Shown here piece after piece: positions 9,057-17,304 of a DNA stretch of 44,959 nt. Origin of the DNA: Candidatus Woesebacteria bacterium (GTDB taxonomy: Bacteria; Patescibacteriota; Microgenomatia; UBA1400; UBA12108); contig JAGOVG010000007.1 in assembly GCA_018060845.1 (NCBI GenBank), forward strand, positions 1-44,959, written 5' to 3'. How positions within the stretch are numbered: position 1 is the first letter of the stretch; each line of letters starts with the position of its first letter. The notes under the pieces were generated by a model, which worked only from the letters and a program-made list of their open reading frames with translations, did no database searches and was not told the origin of the DNA. Made by a program: the position numbers and the translations under genes.

Positions 9057-9815
9057 TTACTTAAAACGCTTTGAGTATTTTGCTATACGTTCCTTGTAGT
9101 GTAGTATCTTATTGCTCACCCAGGCATAATCACCAATATACTTATGGCTTGGGTATTTGTCTGACAATTTAACTGATATTTGCTTGGCAGATAATCCATG
9201 CTGGTACATCTGAAACACCTCATCAATGAGTTTAATGTCCTTTAATTTATCTTTAAGGATTGGGGATTGAAGTAAATAGCGACTATTCCATTTTTCAATC
9301 TCGTCCCAATTCATATTTACCCATTCAATAAACTCAGTTTTAGAAACAATGTGTGAAAAAGTAATACCAGTAAGTTTTTGATGGTTTTCTTGAGTATATT
9401 GCATATACTCACCAATCTCTGCGTTATCAGGGAAGTACCTTATATCTGGGAATTTACTTATATCTATTACTGGAAAAATGTCATAGCGGATAAGCATCAT
9501 TATTGAATCCGCAAGACCATCCCACAAGTCATAGTCCATAAGTAACCCTATGACAAAATCACGGTCAGAAGCAAAAAATTGATGAATATCTTGGTTAATA
9601 TCTGCTACAACCCAACTTTTAGTCTCACCATAATACACACTTTCCTCGCGCATACCGGCTATAAACTTCTGAAAATTGGGGGAATTTAACAGGGCTGTAA
9701 CAAGAGATACTGTTTCTTTGTTGGGTTTGAATGCTTTCTTGTAAATAAACTTAATATCAGGGGGTATGCCATCGATTAAAGGTTTTACAAAAGTAATATC
9801 AGTAAGTTTAATCAT
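9057..9815 (-). CDS. Hypothetical protein with a possible C-terminal helix-turn-helix
   Basis: Long open frame; C-terminal LSAKQISVKLSDKYP...YAWVSNKILHYK looks HTH-like. Start ATG 9815 or 9845. Confidence 0.6.
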   Translation of the reverse strand: MIKLTDITFVKPLIDGIPPDIKFIYKKAFKPNKETVSLVTALLNSPNFQKFIAGMREESVYYGETKSWVVADINQDIHQFFASDRDFVIGLLMDYDLWDGLADSIMMLIRYDIFPVIDISKFPDIRYFPDNAEIGEYMQYTQENHQKLTGITFSHIVSKTEFIEWVNMNWDEIEKWNSRYLLQSPILKDKLKDIKLIDEVFQMYQHGLSAKQISVKLSDKYPSHKYIGDYAWVSNKILHYKERIAKYSKRFK

Positions 9816-9869
9816 AAGGGAATCCCAAGCCTGTCTTGCAACCAAACCGCTGTACCAAGCAAAAGAGGC

Positions 9870-9937
9870 TTTTTTAACATCTGCGGGGATTTTACCACGG
9901 CAGAGCCGTGGTAGCAGGGGGAGCAGATGTTAAAAAA
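9870..9937. repeat. Two-tier inverted repeat (15-bp outer arms, 9-bp inner arms)
   Basis: TTTTTTAACATCTGC (9870-9884) / GCAGATGTTAAAAAA (9923-9937) enclosing TACCACGGC-AGA-GCCGTGGTA (9893-9913). Confidence 0.9.
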
Positions 9938-9972
9938 ACAATGTATGTCCGAACCTCAGTAATTTAAGTAAA

Positions 9973-10857
9973 TTACTTTTTGATAGACAAATATTTTTCC
10001 TTAAAAGTATTTAATGAATTTTGCATTGTATTTTCAAAAAAATTACGCAATATATAAAAAACCCAATCAGGGACTAAAGGCCCTTTTCTATAAATATAAA
10101 TACTATCTTGTATGTTTCTCAACTCATCAATCTGTAAATTGTGGTCATTAACCAAGACAGATTCGGAAAGTTTACTAATTTTTGTTTCTAATCCCGCACG
10201 ATTGATAGAGTCTGAGTTGAAATCTCTAGCTTCTTGTATGCCCATGACATAACTCGGTATACAAGGTAAAACTAATACAAGTATAAAATCATATACAGTT
10301 AAGCCAAATTTAATACCAATTATGATTGTTGAAAGAAAAAATATTAATATAATTAATGACAATAATAATGAGAATATTCTTTTAAGTCTCCAATCCCAAG
10401 CAAGATTACTACGTTGGCAAAGCAAAACATCTAGAGGATACGGAAATCCTGATACATCACCGTACCAGTCCTTTAGAAGTTCCATATCTCCTTCAAATTT
10501 TTTACTACCATAAATAATGCTTTCTTCAGAGGGTTTTTCCCCGGCTAGAGCATAATTCCACGACATGCGGAATAGTCCCGTATCAATTTCTTCCTGTATA
10601 TTCACAGCCAAATTAACTATTTTTTTCTCAATATTCTGCAATATAAAAGATGCTATTACCCACAAAGAGCTCATAACGCCTGCTGTTATCTTAGTAGAAG
10701 GATACAAAATTACTAATAGAGGGGTAAATATTGCAAAAAATATTGATATTAATAACCTAGAATTATGTAGTTTTTTCCCCACACTATAGAAATATCTTTG
10801 TGAGGCCAGTCTATCAATATTTTCTCTTTGATTTTGATTTACAGAAATATAAGACAT
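9973..10857 (-). CDS. S-4TM (SMODS-associated 4-TM) putative CBASS effector
   Basis: Two TM pairs; QEEIDTGLF, KDWY, LLCQRSNLAWD and VPDWVFYILR motifs recalled for the S_4TM family. Start 10857 is 1 nt after the CD-NTase stop; the ORF track starts at 10890. Confidence 0.8.
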   Translation of the reverse strand: MSYISVNQNQRENIDRLASQRYFYSVGKKLHNSRLLISIFFAIFTPLLVILYPSTKITAGVMSSLWVIASFILQNIEKKIVNLAVNIQEEIDTGLFRMSWNYALAGEKPSEESIIYGSKKFEGDMELLKDWYGDVSGFPYPLDVLLCQRSNLAWDWRLKRIFSLLLSLIILIFFLSTIIIGIKFGLTVYDFILVLVLPCIPSYVMGIQEARDFNSDSINRAGLETKISKLSESVLVNDHNLQIDELRNIQDSIYIYRKGPLVPDWVFYILRNFFENTMQNSLNTFKEKYLSIKK

Positions 10858-10858
10858 A

Positions 10859-11731
10859 TTAGTAATAATATGATGGAAATTTTTCTGCAAAAATCAAATT
10901 CCACCAATAAAATGAATCAGATATATTGTTAGCGTTTTCGCACGACTTTGCATTTACCGCTCTTGTATACGCGGTATTAAGCTTAGAAAGAGTTTCTGTT
11001 TTAGCGTTTTCAGTTTTTAACCCATCAATGTATCCACCTACTCCAACAGGGTCAATTATTTTTGCTAAATTAATATCAATTAAATACTTAAAAACATCTC
11101 TAATATCAATAGAATATATGATAGAGTCTTGGGTGGAAATGTACTTAGCGGTGCGCATTTCTAAATAAAAGGAAGAAATAGGAACATTATTGTAAAATTT
11201 CCATGCTTTAATAAATCTGATTAGAGGTTTTACTTTAAAACCGAGTGACTCATTCAGTTGAGTTACGTACTTATTGTTAGCCATTGGGCTAGACTTCATC
11301 CAAGACCCATATGTATCAGGAATATCATAAATATTAACTCCATTCTCAGTTTTCATATAATCAGATGGAATAATTTCAGTAGTTTCAGATGCCTTACTGC
11401 CAAAATCAACAACCACTGCTGGACTATCTACATAGATATTAGAGCTAGGAAATCTAGTTTGTAATGCTTCTTTAACTTTTCTTAATGAGGTAATAGAATT
11501 ATCAGATAAATTTTCCCTTGGTATTACAGAAAAATAATCTGTATCACTATAGCCATTTACATTAGTCCCATTACCTATAGAGCCTGTTCTAAAGAAATTA
11601 GTCATGCCAAAATTATTCTCTAAACAAGCTTTAATAGAGGCTCTATGACTTTTGACTGCTTCAGACTCACTATTTACAATTTTTAACTTTTCGTGGAAAT
11701 CTCGAAAACCTTCATCAATAGTCCGTGGCAT
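10859..11731 (-). CDS. cGAS/DncV-like nucleotidyltransferase (CD-NTase, SMODS domain)
   Basis: GS-x11-DTD (GSIGNGTNVNGYSDTD), third acidic residue in TEIIP, KPLIRFIKAWK...PISSFYLE helical lobe. Confidence 0.88.
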   Translation of the reverse strand: MPRTIDEGFRDFHEKLKIVNSESEAVKSHRASIKACLENNFGMTNFFRTGSIGNGTNVNGYSDTDYFSVIPRENLSDNSITSLRKVKEALQTRFPSSNIYVDSPAVVVDFGSKASETTEIIPSDYMKTENGVNIYDIPDTYGSWMKSSPMANNKYVTQLNESLGFKVKPLIRFIKAWKFYNNVPISSFYLEMRTAKYISTQDSIIYSIDIRDVFKYLIDINLAKIIDPVGVGGYIDGLKTENAKTETLSKLNTAYTRAVNAKSCENANNISDSFYWWNLIFAEKFPSYYY

Positions 11732-11868
11732 AAGTTTAATAATTTGTATTCTGTAAGAACTCTATTATATTACAACTGTAAATAGATGTAGCACTTCACA
11801 TATTAAATCCTCTCGAAATCGATAAAATCTCTCTAAAGAGAAGGAAAATATGGTTCACGTTTTGTATA

Positions 11869-11880
11869 ATTGGGGTCACA
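11869..11880 (+). repeat. att core, right copy (ATTGGGGTCACA)
   Basis: Exact match to 6375-6386; lies just upstream of the CD-NTase gene. Confidence 0.8.
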
Positions 11881-12007
11881 CATCTCAGATGTCTAGAACT
11901 AACCTGTTAGGATTAGAAGAATATATCGTCGATGTCAAACATTTCACCGCCACTATTTTGAAAATTTACTTCCATTACCCTTACTAGCCGTATAATCTCA
12001 CTAAATT

Positions 12008-12744
12008 ATGGAGAAAGTCGGCATTAAACAATATCGAGGATTACCGTGTGCATGGTGTGGTGAAAAATATCACGACCGCGCTCATGTACCTACTAAGTTT
12101 TTAATTCCAAAAGACGAACGGAATAACCCTAAGTGGCCAATATTACCTTCATGTCGGAAGTGTAATGAAGGGCTAAAGCTAGATGAAGAATGGTTAACTG
12201 TTCATTTTTGTTCTCTACTCTATGACTATTCTAAAGTTGCCAAGAAAATGTTTGACGGACCTGTGACTAAACATTTTCAGAAACACAGGTCAATTGCGAG
12301 TAGATATAACAAATACTTAAGCTTAGTGGAGCTTAAAGTTAATGACATTTCATTAGGCTTAAAAACTAGAATTGATATGAGCCAGGAAGATTGGAATCGA
12401 CTTGAACGTGTTGCAGAAATGTTTGCCAGAGGACTTTACTACTGGCATAATCTGCAAACAGCACAAAAACTAAAGGCCAAGGTAGTCTACCTTACACCAA
12501 AGAGATTTAAAGACTTTAGTCACCATATTAAGTCACTAAAAGTATATCCGATATTCCCTATTACTTTTGAATATGCATATGGCTATGTGTCTACAACTGA
12601 AAAGCAGCTTTTGTAATTATGATTTATGGAAAACCTGCTTTTCAGGTACTACTTATAGCAGGTAATAAATACGACAAAATGGAGTCAAAAGTAAAACTAG
12701 GTGAAGTTGTGCGAACAAGTGAGCCAAGTATAGAAATATACTAG
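12008..12744 (+). pseudogene. HNH endonuclease-like gene interrupted by a -1 frameshift near 12601-12604
   Basis: CAWCG...RAHVP...PSCRKCN. Frame 0 stops at 12616, but the -1 frame continues AAFVIMIYGKPAFQVLLIAG...SIEIY* to 12744. Confidence 0.6.
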
Positions 12745-12838
12745 CAGAGGACTTATAGCTCTTATCAATAACTAAGCTTAATCTCCTTAATACCCTATAA
12801 CTGTATAGTAAAGACTTATTTTGCTATAATTCCTGTTC

Positions 12839-13582
12839 ATGAAGCGCGTATTCGAATCTAGGAAAAGTAATACATTTAGTCTCAGTGTAGGGGTTGGAGA
12901 TCGCGATATCAGCACCTGGGAGGAAGAAGCATCAAGTCTTGATTATATTATCGCTAATCAAACTTTCCCCAAGGCTACTACCAAGGTCTTATTAGGTAAA
13001 AATGCCAACCCAGGAAATATTAAAAACACTGTTGAAAGCTTTGCAGGACGAGCTAGCGTGATTGATACAATGTTCTTCTTCTTCAGTGGTCATGGGCTAC
13101 CGGACAGTATTAATCTAGCGAGAGGTAAAAGCACTTTAGATTATCCAAAGGATAATCTTTTTCATGACCTCTCACTTTTTCCTGGAAGAAGAATTGTAAT
13201 ACTGTCTTCTTGCCACGGTGGTTTTCAGAGTATTTCCCCGAACACCTTGCTAGTCACACCTTCACAACAAGAAACCCATGCTTTTGGAAGGAGATTTTTT
13301 GTGGATGTTCTACATGAGTTCATCGACGCGAGCCATGCACCCCACGCACTTACATACTTGATAAACAGTTTCTTAACTAACTATCATAACCGTCCTTACG
13401 GACCACTGAATGACCGAGTTTGGGAACAAGATCCCCACCATCCAGATTTAGATATTTATAAGGTTGAAAAGGAAACTGGCCAAATATTGCTAATGAACTA
13501 CCAAAGAGCTTTTGTATTATCAAGCATCTTAGGGGATGGGACGATTTTACGTGTCGATCCAAAATGCTATTTTCCTCGCTAA
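12839..13582 (+). CDS. Caspase-like (peptidase C14/clan CD) protein
   Basis: FFFFSGHG (His) and IVILSSCHGG (Cys) in caspase/metacaspase order; extended -10 TGcTATAAT 8 nt before the ATG. Confidence 0.65.
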   Translation: MKRVFESRKSNTFSLSVGVGDRDISTWEEEASSLDYIIANQTFPKATTKVLLGKNANPGNIKNTVESFAGRASVIDTMFFFFSGHGLPDSINLARGKSTLDYPKDNLFHDLSLFPGRRIVILSSCHGGFQSISPNTLLVTPSQQETHAFGRRFFVDVLHEFIDASHAPHALTYLINSFLTNYHNRPYGPLNDRVWEQDPHHPDLDIYKVEKETGQILLMNYQRAFVLSSILGDGTILRVDPKCYFPR

Positions 13583-13774
13583 TCAATAGTGTTATTCCCG
13601 TACTACAGATAAGTACATCCCCCATGTCAAATCTGCGAACTCATATTTACTTCCGAAGAGGATACTGTTTAATCTACTAAATACATGTCATAAGAGAATA
13701 GACAAAACAAACCAATTAGATGTGAGATAATCTGTTTTGGTAGTAGTAAAAATCGCTCTCACAATAATAGTTTT

Positions 13775-14113
13775 ATGAAATATCAAATCAAAAGTATCTC
13801 CAAAATCCCACTAGAGGGAACGCACGATTTACCTAACTCTAGGCAGACGCTAGCTACTACCAGTGATGTTATAACCAATAATCTTGATGCACTGACTAAA
13901 GGGATTCTGGCAGCAGGCAAAGTATGGGACTGGCATAGCCACGAAGAGTATGACGAATTATGCATAGTCATAAAGGGTACTGGTAAATTTTATTGGGAGG
14001 ATGAGGTGCGCGAATATAAGAACAATGATGTAATCATCATCCCAGCAAAAGGTAAACATAAAATCGAGGCAACAGAAGATAGTGAATTTTACTTTGTCAG
14101 AATTAAAGTCTAA
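13775..14113 (+). CDS. Cupin-domain protein
   Basis: WHSHEEYDELCIVIKG and PAKGKH motifs. Confidence 0.9.
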   Translation: MKYQIKSISKIPLEGTHDLPNSRQTLATTSDVITNNLDALTKGILAAGKVWDWHSHEEYDELCIVIKGTGKFYWEDEVREYKNNDVIIIPAKGKHKIEATEDSEFYFVRIKV

Positions 14114-14128
14114 ATTTAAGTACACTAT

Positions 14129-14989
14129 ATGAATTGGATTGTCGCAAGCATACTCATGCTCGTTAGCTCTGTTGGGTTGTATTTGTTTGTGCGAAAAAGT
14201 AATACGCTTAAGACCCCACAGCAGTTAAACAACCTAGCCATGTTTTTGGTACCGGTCGTAGTCTATCTGATAATGACTGTGGGTACTCCCACTGATTTTG
14301 TACTAGAACCTTTTGAATATTTGTTGATAATCATCCAAGCGATATTCTTTAGTTATCTTGGCAACGTATTTTCACTAAAAGGTATCGAATACGCTCCCAA
14401 CCCTGGGTACAGCTTAACTATCTCTCGAAGCTATGTTGTCTTTACTGCTATTGCGTCTATCTATCTTTTTGACTCTCCACTTACAACTAAGTCAGTCATC
14501 GCAATTGTTTGTATTATTATATTTGCAGCTTTGATAGCAATCGATAAGGACAGAGATAAACTAGGATCTAATGCAGCATGGCTCCCCTATACAATTGGGG
14601 CGTTTTTTTGTGCTGGGTTCTCGGCGCTATCTTCTAAATACCTACTTAACGTAGGTGTGCCGATACTCACTAGGCTCCTCTACTCAATGTTATTAGTCAC
14701 TATACTGATCGTTGGCGAAATAGTAGTTAAGAAAGTAAATTTAAAAAATACTTCTAAACCTCAACTCTTAACTCTACTCATGATAGGTATTTTTGGAGCG
14801 AGCTTTAACTACTTTATGCAGGTAGCTTTTGACCTAGCACCAAATGTGGGCTATGTTAACGCCACAAACGCTGCCTCTATATCACTGCTAACTATTATGT
14901 CGTATTTAGTTTTTAAGGATGAGTTGAGTATAAAGAAAATGATTGGGATTGTCGGAGTAACTACTGGCTTGATACTACTATTTGTCTGA
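14129..14989 (+). CDS. EamA/DMT-family transporter
   Basis: About 10 TM helices in two repeats; C-terminal FKDELSIKKMIGIVGVTTGLILL. Confidence 0.85.
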   Translation: MNWIVASILMLVSSVGLYLFVRKSNTLKTPQQLNNLAMFLVPVVVYLIMTVGTPTDFVLEPFEYLLIIIQAIFFSYLGNVFSLKGIEYAPNPGYSLTISRSYVVFTAIASIYLFDSPLTTKSVIAIVCIIIFAALIAIDKDRDKLGSNAAWLPYTIGAFFCAGFSALSSKYLLNVGVPILTRLLYSMLLVTILIVGEIVVKKVNLKNTSKPQLLTLLMIGIFGASFNYFMQVAFDLAPNVGYVNATNAASISLLTIMSYLVFKDELSIKKMIGIVGVTTGLILLFV

Positions 14990-15038
14990 TTACTCTTGAA
15001 GTAGGTATGAATACACTATATAGCAGTAAGTCTACAAA

Positions 15039-15656
15039 TTAGTTATCTTTGACTTTAGCAACTACCTGAATCCATTTGTCATCGATAACTCTGGATATCA
15101 ACATAGTATATCCAGATTTATACATGATTTGTGTGAGTAAACCTTCATCATAATATTGGAAATCACGCTCAAATCCCCTGCCTCTTGCTTCTCTCTGAGT
15201 ACCCTCTCCTTTGAGCACACTAAGAAAAACTATTTTACTGCCAGTTAGATGTTGTTTTGCTCTTGCTAGAAAGTTTGTTGTCTCATCTGGTCCAAAGTGG
15301 ACAAATACAGCGTTAGCATAAATAGCATCGAAGTTACCAGGTAATTCTTCGCTCTTTGCATCGAAAATAGTGGCATCTAGCCCTTTATCCTTGCATCTTG
15401 AGACAAACCCAGGGACAAAATCACTTGCTTTTACGATGTATCCTGCACTTTGCAGAGCCAAAGCATCCTCACCTGCTCCAGAGCCAATCTCGAAAATACT
15501 GGAACCAAAAGGAATATACTTAGTGAGAAGCGCAAGCCTGTCTAACATCGAACCTCCTCCAACTTCTTTTGTTTGTTTGGCTTCGACATATTCAGCGATG
15601 TGTTCGGTGTACTGTCTAAGATTAAAACGATCGTCTATGCTCATATTTCTCTCCAT
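15039..15656 (-). CDS. Class I SAM-dependent methyltransferase
   Basis: FEIGSGAG motif I, FDAIYANAVFVH motif IV. Confidence 0.9.
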   Translation of the reverse strand: MERNMSIDDRFNLRQYTEHIAEYVEAKQTKEVGGGSMLDRLALLTKYIPFGSSIFEIGSGAGEDALALQSAGYIVKASDFVPGFVSRCKDKGLDATIFDAKSEELPGNFDAIYANAVFVHFGPDETTNFLARAKQHLTGSKIVFLSVLKGEGTQREARGRGFERDFQYYDEGLLTQIMYKSGYTMLISRVIDDKWIQVVAKVKDN

Positions 15657-15729
15657 CCAAACATGTTGATTAATAAGAATTATACATTCAGATCATATTA
15701 TTGTGTCTAAGCTATTTGTCTGACTGTAA

Positions 15730-16806
15730 TGAATAAGTCCCGATACATATTGGAATCCTAAAGAAAGGATTCTAATCATGAAAACTGGTGTATCCATGCG
15801 CCTGCGCTCTGGCGCTCTTGTTCCCTTGAGGTACACTTCCCTGATGAAAACATGGGAAAATGCACTGTCGTTCGACCGATCCGACATCGCCAAATATCGG
15901 CTACATGTACTTAAGTTTTGGGAGACTCATGGCAGATTGGCTACCGAGTCTGCTTTTGGAGTTAAAACAAGCACTCTTTATCTGTGGCGAGCGAAGCTCG
16001 CCACCACTCAAGGGAAACTAATCTCTTTAATACCCAAGAGTACCCGCCCCAAGACTACTCGCCGAATGGAGATGGATGAGAGACTAGTAGAGTTTATTCG
16101 CTCTATTAGGGAAGAGTATGGAAATGTTGGCAAGGAAGCGATTAAAACACTTCTTGTTGCCTACGCCAACTCGTTAGGACTCTCTGGGTATGGCGCCACT
16201 AAGATCGGCCGAATTATTAAACGCAATCATTACTTCTTTGAAGGAAAAAAGGTTGTAAAGAGACGTCTTGCCAGAGCTAATCGAGTAAAACGTAGTCCTA
16301 AACCGAACGCTCCTGGCTATATCGAAGTTGATTGCATCACAGTCTATGTGGAGGGACAGAAGAAGTACTTTGTAACTGGAATTGATGTCTATACTAAGCT
16401 CGCAGGCGCTCACCTCGTATCCCACCTAAACTCACGCAACACGAGAGACTTCTTAATATCCTGGCAAGAGAGCCTCCCTTACAAGATCCATACCGTTCAA
16501 ACTGATAATGGAAGTGAGTTTTTAGCCGACTTTCATAAGTATTTAGAGAGTGTGGGGATAACTCACGCCTTTATCTACCCCCACTCTCCCAAGATTAACG
16601 GCTATATAGAGCGTTTTAACTGGACAATTCAAAACCACTACGTTAACAGATGCACCCCACTCTGGAGTGGCCAGACCGAGCTCGCTAGACACAAACTAGA
16701 GAGATTTCTTCACTGGTATAATGAGGTACGACCCCATCAATCTCTAGGTTCATTAACACCTGCTGAGTTTACAAGCCAATATTCCAATATGTATGCGACC
16801 TGAACA
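15730..16806 (+). mobile_element. IS481-like insertion sequence with flanking target duplication
   Basis: 14-bp perfect IR core ATACATATTGGAAT (15743-15756) / ATTCCAATATGTAT (16781-16794); TG...CA ends; direct repeat TGTAA(T) at 15725 and 16807. Confidence 0.8.
15778..16803 (+). CDS. DDE (integrase-core) transposase, IS481-like
   Basis: N-terminal HTH, IEVD, QTDNGSEF, NGYIERFN (DDE triad), YNEVRPHQSLGSLTP. Confidence 0.92.
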   Translation: MKTGVSMRLRSGALVPLRYTSLMKTWENALSFDRSDIAKYRLHVLKFWETHGRLATESAFGVKTSTLYLWRAKLATTQGKLISLIPKSTRPKTTRRMEMDERLVEFIRSIREEYGNVGKEAIKTLLVAYANSLGLSGYGATKIGRIIKRNHYFFEGKKVVKRRLARANRVKRSPKPNAPGYIEVDCITVYVEGQKKYFVTGIDVYTKLAGAHLVSHLNSRNTRDFLISWQESLPYKIHTVQTDNGSEFLADFHKYLESVGITHAFIYPHSPKINGYIERFNWTIQNHYVNRCTPLWSGQTELARHKLERFLHWYNEVRPHQSLGSLTPAEFTSQYSNMYAT

Positions 16807-16884
16807 TGTAATTGATCCTATAGCTGTTTGTGAGATAATATCTCTCGATTAGTTGTGAATAAATATTAATCCTAAATACAATTT

Positions 16885-17274
16885 ATGAATTACGAACACT
16901 TAGTAGTGGGTAAGTTTTTTGTCCCTACTGGATACGAAAGTAAAAAATTACTAGTAGCTGAGATGGATCTAGAAGTTGCTGCATACAGATCAACTAAAGG
17001 CAGAAGTAATTTTTTTACACTTGAGCCTTTGTGTCCATTTGAAACTTGTACCCGTAAAATTGAAACAGGTGACTCGTTTAGAGGATACTTAGTATCAGCA
17101 GAACAATCTGTCTCAACTCTTGTAACACATTTGAGACATTTTCACCCTCCGCTTAACACATCTACACTAACCACGCTGGAAAGTGAGATGGCATGGAATG
17201 CTGCAGGAAAGTACTATAAACTGATAGTAGTAGGAATGAACGAACTCCTAGAGCATGCTCTCGCCGAAAAGTGA
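16885..17274 (+). CDS. Hypothetical protein with CPFETC...HLRHFH (possible Zn finger)
   Basis: 129-aa ORF filling the gap between the IS and glgA; Cys/His pairs. Confidence 0.55.
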   Translation: MNYEHLVVGKFFVPTGYESKKLLVAEMDLEVAAYRSTKGRSNFFTLEPLCPFETCTRKIETGDSFRGYLVSAEQSVSTLVTHLRHFHPPLNTSTLTTLESEMAWNAAGKYYKLIVVGMNELLEHALAEK

Positions 17275-17304
17275 GCTCGCTCAACACTAGAGTACAATAG
17301 GTAC

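Larger units (their letters stand above)
6375..11880 (-). mobile_element. ~5.5 kb integrative element at tRNA-Glu: serine recombinase, rolling-circle Rep and CBASS cargo
   Basis: Flanked by identical 12-bp ATTGGGGTCACA repeats, the left copy overlapping the tRNA 3' end; six co-oriented genes; visibly more AT-rich than the housekeeping genes. Confidence 0.85.

Noticed and set aside
9870-9937. Hairpin as an intrinsic terminator for the CBASS operon
   Set aside because: On either strand the T tract is 5' of the stem and pairs within it; no U tract follows.
6375-11880. Calling the element a prophage or inovirus
   Set aside because: No capsid, terminase, portal, Zot-like ATPase or small coat-protein genes were recognised; only Rep, integrase and cargo.
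11880-11892. Palindrome ACATCT-C-AGATGT next to attR
   Set aside because: Only 6-bp arms with a 1-nt centre; plausible by chance, and no role can be assigned.
12008-13582. HNH and caspase-like genes as CBASS ancillary or effector genes
   Set aside because: They lie outside the right att site, on the opposite strand, with their own promoters. Any functional link would be in trans and is unsupported.
13590-13690. Possible gene remnant (minus-strand FADLTWG; plus-strand CQICELIF)
   Set aside because: Short, start-less frames bounded by stops; the similarity is too weak to call.
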